DNA from: Oikopleura dioica
Taxonomy: Eukaryota; Animalia; Chordata
NCBI GenBank assembly: GCA_907165135.1
Contig: OU015570.1
Span: 1,364,001-1,428,000, forward strand
Reading direction: 5' to 3'
Length of the DNA stretch: 64,000 nt
Both the position numbers and the translations under genes were made by a program. Every line of letters starts with the position of its first letter. Position 1 is the stretch's first letter. The notes under the pieces are model-generated. The model made no database searches. It was not told where the DNA came from and worked only from the letters and a program-made list of their open reading frames with translations. Positions 37,610 through 47,660 of this stretch are shown here, in pieces.

Positions 37610-38673
37610 TCAAAGAGTACCTATGTGAACAACATCATTTTTGTGGCAGAAAGAGACGGCTTCGAGAATCTGTTGAATACAACATTTCGCAGCTACGCGT
37701 TCGGAGTAGTACTCTCTCGTCACGATATCTTCAAACAACTCGCCACCGGTAATCAAATCAAAGAGCATGTAGTGACTTAAATAATCGTTAAAAACCAGCA
37801 ATTTGATATGTTACTCACTATCCTCCTTGATCAAAGGTTTCATGGAGACGGACAATGTTCTTATGGCGTAATTTTTGGCAGACGCGCGCTCCTCTTTCGA
37901 GTTTTTCGAAGTCGCGTTTCGTCAGCTTGCTCGTTGTGATGATTTTGACGGCGAATGCTTGCTTCGTTTCCCGCGAAACGCATTTTTTCAAAAAAATTGC
38001 AATTTTCACGCTAAGTACAATTTATATGCAATTTTACGACTTTCGAGGGCCAGAATCCTGGGTAAAGATATTCGTAAAGGGGAAGTATGATACATCAAAA
38101 TGATCCTCAGAACATGGGGAATCTAAATATGCAATAAAGAGACCCCTGATAAAGAGTTGAAAAAACAGGGGGGGATCCCTTAAGGGGCTAAACGGCCCTT
38201 CTCAGCCCCGTTCCATGATTTTTAAGTTTAAGGGGCTTGACAAAGGCTTTGAACTATGAGTTGATCAATCTCAGTTCTGTCCCCAACCCCACCCTCACCC
38301 ATTATTTAAAATATTCAAATTTTTACTGTTTTTGGCCCAATTATGGTTTTGATCAAATTGGGTGAACGGCGACTTGGACAAACGGAGACCACTCATAGGC
38401 GCCCTTTTTTATTGACGGCAATTTTTGACGAAAATTTTGCGAAAACTGCGGACTGTGGTGCGATGTGCATACATGTGCTCTGACTGCGCTGCGAAGTGCG
38501 AAATTCCGCAGTTCGCAGGTCGCACTGCGAAGATTTCTGCGATTTCCCCACTGCGAATGTACATCCCTGTTCACGACTGAAAATGCGCCCTTCCCGACCT
38601 CCTCGCGAATCTCGTACAGATCTGTAAACATTTCGCATCTATGTCGTAGATATTCAGAACATAGTGATGCCAT
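37610..38673 (-). pseudogene. CAMK2: CaMKII-like kinase N-lobe fragment, intron-retaining, disrupted by a repeat insertion
   Basis: FTDLYEIREEVGKGAFSVV; KCVSRETKQAFAVKII...RHKNIVRLHETFDQGG|[26 protein letters not shown]...[15 protein letters not shown]; 43-nt GTGAGT...TTTAAG intron 37776-37818; HRD motif not intact. Confidence 0.92.
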
Positions 38674-39435
38674 AAATTCGCCCGAACTGTTTGCGCCTGT
38701 AATAAAAGAATTTCATGAAAACCCTGTTTTGTCAATAAATAAAAGAACCTTACTGTGCAGCCGCATAGAGTACCGAAACATTCTTATCAGAACATTGGGT
38801 GTTGACTTTGGCACCACGAGCTAACAACCGTTTCACGATTTCCAACCAGTCGGATCGTTCTAAAGCTAATAATGGTGGCCATTATGGCCCCAAAACTGGG
38901 TTTGTAAAAATTCAAAAATAAGAGGAAACATCAAATGTCTAACAGAGAAAAAAGAAAAAGCAAAAAAGGGTTATTATGAAGGTAAATTGACAAGTTTATA
39001 AAAGAGAAAGAAAAAAAGTAGTAAAGATTAAACTCATAGATAAAAGCATTAAAACTAGCTTTTTCCTTTTTTGAAAATTTTCGTTCATTCTTTCTTCTTC
39101 TTTTTCACTTTTTCAATTCAACTCTTCTTTGAAAAAATCATGAAATGAGTTATCGTCGCTAAAGACGGCTGCGCCAATCAGGTGCAAGCGCAACATTTCA
39201 AAAAAAGCGAAGGAAAACTCAAGTTAAGTCAAGAAAAATCAAAAAAAGTTATTGTTCAAAATTATATGCTGAGTGGGGGTAGAGTAAGGCGTATTTTTGT
39301 CAAGACTCTCATTTCTTGTTTTTGAAAATATTTTTAAAAAATTTTCCTTACCTCGACCAAAATCCTTACCTCGACCAAATCCTTACCTCGACCATTTTCA
39401 GAATTTGGAACAATAATGCTTTTCAAGGTCTCATT

Positions 39436-40672
39436 CAGTGTTGGAAAAAACCCGCCCGCGAACCCCGCGGGGGCGGCGGGCGGGGGCTGCGGGCGCCCGC
39501 GCCCCCCGTACCCGCAAAAAATTTCGGATCTGGCCCCCGCGCCCGCCCGCGACCGCAAAAAATTTCTGATTTGGCCCCCGCGCCCGCCCGCGACCGCAAA
39601 AAATTTCTGATTTGGCCCCCGCGCCCGCCCGCGCCCGTACAAATTTTTTTCAGCCGCCCGGGGCCCCCTTCCCTCGCCTTGAATTTAAATTGAGCTTGAC
39701 GGCCAAATGGCCGATTCCCCCTTTTCTCCCTCCTTGGTTTTGAATTCAAGGGATTCCCCTGTTTTTCAACTCTTTATCACAGGTCTCATGGCATGTTAAC
39801 CTTACAACGACAAACCGGAATTTCACCCGCCGACGACAATTGTGGCATGTATGGCACATGGATTTTAATGCCATCGTTTGATCAATAGAATGCCCGAAAC
39901 CAAAGCCTAACCCAAACCAAAACAGAGCCCGAAACCTAAACTCGAACATGAACCTAGTGTCCATCCCAGTCTAGTGACCAAAATGGAAGAAATGGAAGAA
40001 AAGAGAAAAATGGGCGTTAAAAGTTTTTGTGCCATATATTCCTAGCTGTCTGAGAATCATTTTGATGTATCACACTATCCCTTAACAAACATCTTAACCC
40101 GAAATTTTTGCCCACGTAAAAATGGGTATAAATAGTACTAAGCGTGAAAATGGCGATTTTTTCCGCCTTCGGGCCGTCTCAGCCCTGTTCCATGATTTTT
40201 GAATTTAAGGGGCTTGACGGCCCTTCGGGCCGTCTCAGCCCTGTTTCAAGATTTTGAATTTAAGGGGCTTGACAATGGCTGGGAACTCTAAGTTGATCAA
40301 TCTCAGTTTTGTCCCCAACCCCACCCACACCCATCGTTTGAAAAATTCAAATTATCTTAGTTTATAACTCTATTATGGTTTTTATCAAAAATTATTTTTT
40401 ATTTGCTGATTTCTGAACCCGCGGGGCTTGCGGACGCGAGGGTTACGGGCGCCCTCCACCCCCCGGGCGCCCGCGGGCGCGAAAATCTGCGGGGCCCCCG
40501 CCCGCGCCCGCCCGGACCCGCACGAAATTTTTGAGTTGGCCCCCGCGCCCGCCCGGACCCGCAGGAAATTTTGGAATTGGCAACCGCGCCCGCCCGCACC
40601 CGCGGAAAATTTTGAAATCGGCCCCCGCGCCCGCCCGCGCCCGCGGGAAATGTTGCGGGTTTTCCAACACTG
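39436..40672 (+). mobile_element. Complete non-autonomous hAT-like transposon (1237 bp)
   Basis: TIR CAGTGTTGGAAAA / TTTTCCAACACTG; perfect 8-bp TSD GTCTCATT (39428-39435 and 40673-40680); GC-rich subterminal repeats at both ends. Confidence 0.95.
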
Positions 40673-41959
40673 GTCTCATTAATTTATTAAGAGCGGAGAA
40701 CTACGACACAAATACGTGCAAAGATGAGAAAGCGATGAAAGAGATGTAGTGTCAGGATAAGATTGATGAGCACTAGATACAACACTACAACTTCAAATGG
40801 TAAGACCTTTTCCGATAGACAGTTGAGCAGTTTTTTCTGTGCCTTCGAATTTTCAATTTCAATTGCCGTGTCATCAATAACAATTGTTTTCGATTTCTGA
40901 AGCTCCGCTCGTAGCTGCTTTGAATTTGGTTTAATCGGTTGATGAAGCTTTTTCTGGCATTCGAATTTTTCCCAAGTTTGGCGCATTTCAGTAAAGTCAA
41001 CTGTACAAGCTTTATCCAGAATAGGTTGTAATTCCTTCTCAATGCGAGCTTTTTCTTCTGCAGGCTTATTTCTATGGTCCCATGGAAGAGAGGGCTTTGC
41101 GAAATGGCAATCTTTCAATGTTTAAAAAAGAGTGATTTCTACTACTAACGACAGTATTTAGTATCCAGCGACAGAACTACAGGGAGCTTATCAAGTCAGC
41201 TTATGCGATCAAGAAGAAAGCCACGAATAAGGGGAAATAGAAAGGTAATTACCAGTTTATTATTTGATTTTTGATGCATTCTAAACATTCCCTGATACTT
41301 CCTTTACTTCAAAATTCTCAAGAGTCCAAAACAGAGGATTTTCAGGGTCAATTATCGCGAGGTAAAGCACCAGTTTTCTTTTACATGATCGTGATTTTTG
41401 CTTGCATACAAGTCGGATATAGTATTTCCCTGTTTTGCTTTGATTATTTTAAAAGGATATTGGCCTTTAGTCTTTACACCTATTTTTGCATGCTGTTGAA
41501 TAAGTTTAAGCAATTCCTTGTTTGTCTTTCTTGATGTTCTCAACTATAGTCCCACATCTCAGATGATACTCATGCTTGTAGTCTCCTTCCAATGTAAATA
41601 CCCTCAGTGCGCTTATATCACAGCAAATTCCAATTATTGCAGGATATGCTTTTAAACTATTCATGATTTGCTCGACGATGTGTTCTTCGAGCGGTGGTAG
41701 CGGCTTTTATTTCAATTCTTTCTCAGTCATTTTCTTACGTTCTTTTCTTTCTTTTTTTTCGTTTTTTCCATTTTTCTTTTCAGCTTTCTTGTCTTGGTTA
41801 TTTTCAGGTTGATCAGACATATTTTAATCGAAAATCAACTAAAGAACTAATCATAACATTTCGATCTACCAGGGTTCGTTCTAGAAGCTCGAAATCACAG
41901 TCATCGTAATAACTTTATCAATCTGCATAAAGAAGACAAACATTGGTCTAACAAAGCTT

Positions 41960-42620
41960 TTTAGGCCAAAACCTCACAAACGAAACAAATCTTCAAAGTG
42001 CATCTTCCTCAAACCGGCAAAATATTCACCCCCGCGCCTTCGACTACTTTTCGCATGAAGCAATCCGTTCCGGCGTCAATAAAGTCCTCACTCTTTTCTC
42101 ATCAAGAGAGCTTCTGTGCGCAGATTTGGTCGAAGCGATAAGAGAATACTCAAAGTAAATTTTACATGTTTTTTATTTACTCATGCGTCTTTTTAGATGT
42201 GAAGATGAGTTGAAATTGAAGAAAGAGCTGTTGGAATCGTCTGGAATTGAAGAAAGGGACCCGGATCATTTCCTAGAGAAGGTAAAAGAACGAGGACATG
42301 GGCACAGAGCTCGGCAAGAGTTAGAACAATGGAAACAGCTACTGCTTGAGTACGTCAGTTTGCTAAAAACAGCGATAGAGAGAAGAAGGACCTTGCTAAC
42401 TGTGCTTGATCAGAGTTCTGGATTTTACGAGGTTTGGAGAAATGGATATATAGAGGGCCAAGTTTGATTTCAGACGCAATTTCGAGAAGTAACGACGGTG
42501 CTAAAGGCCTATCATGACTACCGAGATCGCATAATTGCTCAGAAACGACGCTGTCAAGATATGATGAATGCCAAGTTCCAAGAGAAAGCAGTTTCGTCTC
42601 AACACACCACCCAATGCTAA
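41960..42620 (+). pseudogene. RPRD2-like (CID-domain family) gene fragment with two introns
   Basis: VNKVLTLFSSRELL...EYSK|CEDE...LTVLDQSSGFYE|TQFREVTTVLKAY resembles RPRD2 (LENAGIFYEAQYKEVKVVANAY); 42-nt GT-AG introns 42155-42196 and 42432-42473. Confidence 0.7.
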
Positions 42621-44044
42621 GTTCCACCTCACCTAACTCTTCTTTTGCTGTTGTTTATAATTTAAAATTTTCTTCTCATCTATTTTGAATAATGTTGAAA
42701 TCAAGGACAATTTGAGATCATCATTGAAATGCAGTTTTTAATACAGTTAATTATGGAATTTTTGGACATTTTTTGCCGCACAATTTTCTCAAAAATGTCC
42801 AAAAATTTGATACACGCTCCCGAAAAAAATGTCCCATCCAAATCGCTTAAAAATTTTTTTTGATGAAAATCTCGGTCGTTTCCTTTCTTTTCCTCGTTCA
42901 AAAGACAAGAAGCAATTCTAGGGGCACTAGATAAACTTTCAATTTTAATTTTCTTTAAAAAAGTAAAATTTTTGATAAGAAAAACGTCATTATTGATAGA
43001 AAAACTGAAAATAAAAAATTTTGCCCCAGAAAATGTCCAAAAATTTGATACAAGAACTCTTAAAAATGTCGCAAGAAAACCCCTTAAAATCGCAAAAATG
43101 TCCAAAAATTTGATGTCCAAAAATTCCATAAAAACTGTATATTTATTCTTCATTTTTACAGTATTTTGGCAAATATCAAGCATTATTTATCAGCTGGTGA
43201 CTTGCATCAACCTGAAAATATACAAAAATCATTTTTGAAAAAAGTTAATTTTTAAGTTTTTCGGCTGAGAGGGGGTAGAGTATGGTGTATTTTTGCGAGG
43301 ACTCACATTTTTAGTTTTCGAAAATATTTTCCTTTCGGTTTCCTTACCTCGACCAAAATCCCTACCTCGAACATTTTCAGAATTTGGTCGAGGTAAGGAT
43401 TTGGTCGAGGTAAGGATCTGGTCGAGGTAAGGATTTGGTCGAGGTAAGGAAACACCACTGCAGATAGTAATTCTCCAAAAATTATCTTGTTCTCCACGAT
43501 CAAATTGAGAAGGCGTTATTAAGACGTAAAAAATTAAGGTTCTTCAGTTGGCGATTTTCCAAATTTATAAGAGTAAAACGTTATTTCTTCTAGTTTGTCT
43601 ACGAGCAGTGTCCAGGTTTTTGTTTCCATAAGAAGTCGTAAAGCATTAATTTAATAAAGATCGAATGTAGTATCCAAAAATTTAAAATCCACAAATTTTT
43701 CTTCTCCAAAAAGCATCAAAAATTTTTCTTACTGTTGAAACAGCGGCGGCGGCAATAATTTTCAGAGGCAATATCAGCTTTCCAAAAGTTTATAGGCAGC
43801 GAGCGGAGCATATTCTCTTTTAGCGGCATCGGATAAAAGTTTTTTTCTTCCAATCCCCGGTGACATGAAGCTTCGATAACCGCTTCAGTCACCAGTAAGA
43901 GTGGGACTCGGCTTGGGCAAGACTAGGCAAGACTCTGGGCCAGACTCCTCAAGACTGATCTCTCCCCTATCCGGAGGCCTGAGGTAGCGGGGCATGCTCG
44001 GCAGCGCCGGGGGTCTACCCGACCGCCTTGCACACTCCTCCACA

Positions 44045-44546
44045 CAGGTTTGATTGCATGAGTTTGAATTATACTTACCGGTAGAATTCAGAAGACCACA
44101 CGAACGCAGACTCTTCCACTCGTGCTGCTGCAGCTGAAAACTTCGCAGGATATAGGCTCGTGGGGGGCTACTACTCTTACCTCGTGACAGTTAACGATGA
44201 TCCAATATTGTGCGAAATAAGGCGAGAAAGCAAAACTTTGCCACGTGCTAGGAATGGACCATCTTCGCCCATGCCAACTCGTGACCGTGACTTTCAACAG
44301 GGCCTACGGTGCCTAGAAACGGCGTTTAATGTCGAAGAAGACGGTCATTTCCTCGAAAGAGTCTCTCTCCCGGATTTGGCCCAAAACTGGAAGGTTTACA
44401 CGTGTGGACGCTCGTCGGGCTCAGAAGCTGTTGGTTTCAGTGGAGAAGAAGCTTACAAATGCCCTGCTACGTCACGTGGAAATTACCATGGGTTCGCGCC
44501 TAAGCGTGGATCATTCAACGGCCGTGGCGGAAGAAAGGGAATGTAA
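44045..44546 (+). mobile_element. Element D, right part: continuation of the gene split by B
   Basis: Intron GTTTGA...AG, then YYSYLVTVNDDP and ERVSLPDLAQNWKVYTCGRSSGSEAVGFSGEEAYKCPA, matching C YCSHLYVETDP and ERVRKPNWCYNWRVVTEGRNLGEADGGFRPPNAYKRPA; both end in an RG-rich tail. Confidence 0.85.
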
Positions 44547-45570
44547 CAAAGACACTTGATGTATGCACTAGAGTTCGAAAGTCCTGCTCTGTTTTTATCC
44601 TAGGGCCTCAGCGAAAATACACGGATGTACTCGCTTGACTACTAGCAGTTAATAAAGGTGAACAAGCCTTAGTACGAAAGAGTAGATTCGTAGGGCTTGG
44701 TGGAGGAGATTTCTAATAGGTATAGAGTTCTATCGTCTTGTTTGCTGTTGGTTGGTTTGCAAGTTGTTTTAGTTGCTGTTGTTTGTTGCGAAGTCAGTAA
44801 AAAGTCAAGTTATTTTGTTTTTTGGGTTTCAAGTTAATGAATTAATTTATTCCGAATTGTTACAGTTTTTATAGGAGAACAGTGAGGGCGCTAAAGTTTA
44901 CAGAGGGCGTTAAAGAGTGACTCTCGTGCACCATCGTTTGGCGTTGTTGGAGAATCTGGCCGTTGGCGAGGGCGCTAGTGTGTGGGAACCGGGTTGGTTG
45001 ATTGACGTCAATTCTCAGATGAGTAAGCCCTCTTATCAGTTGCATGTGCGTCATTGAGGCTTGGTTCTCAGGCGCCATCGTGAGTCAGAGCCAGGCGCGT
45101 GCCAGAGTTTTGGGGGGCGCTGTTGAGAGCCCGAAGCATGCGCTGGATGAGTTCGGATGGCGCTGTTGCGCTGAGACATGAGCTCACTCGGCTGAGTGGA
45201 TGCTCTTGCTGATTCACTGTCCTCATGGTGGACCTATATGGGAATTTGCCTACATCATGGGGCCTAATGGGGAAATATGGGGAAAGCCAGGCTTACATCC
45301 CCTCCCCTCCAAGGAAAAATTGCTCCTCAAGGGGCATTTTATTGGATTCGTTCAACAAGTCTGGCTCCTTGGGCGAATGCGAGGCGGTAGTACTTGATAG
45401 AATCTCGCTGCCCAAGTCGTTTCCACAAGATTTCCGCATTGCTGATGCGATTGAGTTTGTAACCTGCAGATGGGAAGTTGAAGTATCTCAGCATCAAGCC
45501 TGGGTCACAGAGGTATGTGGCCGTTATACTCGCTCGGAAGAATCTTGGGAGGCACTTGAGTGGTAATGGG

Positions 45571-46677
45571 TCAGTTATTTTGAGAGGGATACCCCCTTGC
45601 CATATACCCTTTGTATATGGCAAGCTCAACTTGGCGGTTCAGTCGTTTGATCATGTAAGTGGATAGGCATTCTTGTTTGTTTGCGATGTCAGAGAGTGCC
45701 GATCTGATCTTTCGCCAGTCGTTTGCCTTAAGGGCTTTATCCAGGTCCCGTTTCGAAACTCCGCTCAATTTTTTCGGGTAGACCGTGATCTCTGTCGGGC
45801 TGTACTTGAAAGGCATTCGCTGATGCGGTTTGAGCTTTTCTTGTTTGAGCCATCGATTGCGGTCATTATTGAATTTCGAGCCAATCGCCGTTCTGTATGA
45901 TGCTTGGCCGGTACCTGCATGAGGTCGACTGGCGGCGTAAGCCTGATTGACTCTGTTACCCTCGAAGTTTCGCTTTCTGTTTTTCTGGCAGTTCAGGTGC
46001 GCTACTGAGCCACATCGGACTGGACATTGTCGCTGTCCCCGCTCATTGTGAGTGTAGGTAACTTCAAGTTTACCGAGGTTTTCTCGCACCTGTCTGTCAA
46101 AATTTCGCAGGAGATCTGTTGGGTCAGATCCATTGGTTTTGAAGACGGTTTGGACCGGTGTGTTAGGTGGATTTGGCTGCTCGATGATTACTTCGCCGGG
46201 CGAACAATCATCTTGTCGAACAAATGGGTCTAACTCGTCTCGGCAAGGTGTGCCAGGCATTGTCTCTAAGGATGCTATGCTCATGGCGTCGCTTTCGGCA
46301 AGATTTTCGTCGGGCTCTTCATCGATGAGTAAATCTGTTTCCATGGATTCGTCGTCGGAACGGTTGTCTTGGTCCGTCAGGGAAACACTCATAAACTCAT
46401 CGAGAGCCGCTTGATCTGTGTCAAAGACGTTGTCATCGCCGTTTTCATAGTCCTTGTTGGTATTGGACCTTTCGGTTTTCCAGGATCGGCTCGGTTGATC
46501 GTCCGAAGTTGATTTTTCCTCGAAAGGAAAGTTGTTGGTTGGTTGGTTGGTTTGGTGTGTGTTTTGGTTTTGGTTATCCATTTTTAGATGATGTATTCGA
46601 TCTCTCGCTCGCTTATATACTCTAGTGCTCTTTGGCGCCGTAGTGGGCATGGTGCCCTTGAGCGTATTGGGGCGCAC
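45571..46677 (-). CDS. 368-aa intronless ORF with acidic region and Zn-knuckle-like motif (gag/ORF1-like)
   Basis: CPVRCGSVAHLNC (C-x3-C-x4-H-x2-C) followed by a basic region; no RT found downstream. Confidence 0.55.
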   Translation of the reverse strand: MRPNTLKGTMPTTAPKSTRVYKRARDRIHHLKMDNQNQNTHQTNQPTNNFPFEEKSTSDDQPSRSWKTERSNTNKDYENGDDNVFDTDQAALDEFMSVSLTDQDNRSDDESMETDLLIDEEPDENLAESDAMSIASLETMPGTPCRDELDPFVRQDDCSPGEVIIEQPNPPNTPVQTVFKTNGSDPTDLLRNFDRQVRENLGKLEVTYTHNERGQRQCPVRCGSVAHLNCQKNRKRNFEGNRVNQAYAASRPHAGTGQASYRTAIGSKFNNDRNRWLKQEKLKPHQRMPFKYSPTEITVYPKKLSGVSKRDLDKALKANDWRKIRSALSDIANKQECLSTYMIKRLNRQVELAIYKGYMARGYPSQNN

Positions 46678-46853
46678 GTGAGTAACTCATTGTGCCCTCT
46701 AAGGTGGCGCAGCGGAGAAATTTGTTTAAGTCTAGATTCTCGTGGTGAGGCACGGTGGCGCCCTAGCATGATTCATCGCAGTGCCTGGGATGGGCAAATG
46801 ATGGCGGTGTGCGTCATTTGTGATACCGCTGGTTCCCATGACGCATGGAGAAT

Positions 46854-47660
46854 CTAGCGCTTTGAAATACGGGATCTGCACAATGGACAAGTATTGTGAT
46901 TGGACGCCCATTGTTCTATACAAGCAGAATGGAAGAAATGGCCACAAGAGTCGATAAATGAGGCAGTTTCCTGCATTTCGAATTTACAAATAGCGCACTC
47001 TGAATTTTTATTCGCTTCTTTTAGCTCTTTTTTGATCAGGTCATTGATTCGAGAGTGGGCTGACATTCTTGTGCGTGGATAGGGTCTATGTCTTCTGATC
47101 CAAGACGCAGGCGGTCTACGGGTTCTGACCTGCCTTATATTTCATCGATGACCACAAATGATTTTTCCGTCAGGAGTAAGGGCCTCTGGCAGAAGTCTGC
47201 CCTCGGTATCCCTTGGCGGGAGGTATGACCAACCGTTTGCCTGACCAACTGGAGGTCTGAACATAGATCTCCATGAATTTAGATCTGGTGGATTCAATGT
47301 TTCATCATTTTCTAGTAAGTAGTCGGGTAGAACAATATCTTGTTCCATGAAGCTGGACCGACCATTATCTGCATGATTTAGTTGTGATATATGGTTTGGG
47401 GAGATGATATCCCCTTCTGAATTGACATAGAGCGGGCGATGGGCAGCCGGAAGTCCCCTTCGAGGTTGGACGCCAACCCATCCGTTAGTAGATCTTGTTC
47501 GGATTAAGTTAACAAAATTGTTTGACTGGGGTGAAGGCTCATTGTTTTCAGAATCATTGGTTTCTAATGGTGGGCCTTCCACAAAAGGAGAATTGCATAA
47601 ATTGCAGTTGTGTGGATAGATGATGGGCCGAAAGGCATTGCACATTATGCAGAAATGCAT
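46854..47660 (-). pseudogene. RNF115/RNF126-like E3 ligase (N-terminal Zn finger + RING-H2), one frameshift
   Basis: N-terminal HFCIMC...CNLCNSPFVEG and C-terminal CAIC...CGHFFHSACIEQWASNHNTCPLCR; removing one base from the run at 47162-47166 fuses ORFs 47142-47660 and 46854-47066. Confidence 0.75.

Larger units (their letters stand above)
26231..44044 (-). mobile_element. Element B: 17.8-kb LTR-bounded element without recognisable pol
   Basis: LTRs 26231-26378 and 43896-44044 (two differences seen); 4-bp TSD CAGG at 26227-26230 and 44045-44048; PBS TGGTGACTGAAG (minus, 43883-43894); PPT TGGGGGTGAG (minus, 26379-26388). Confidence 0.88.
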
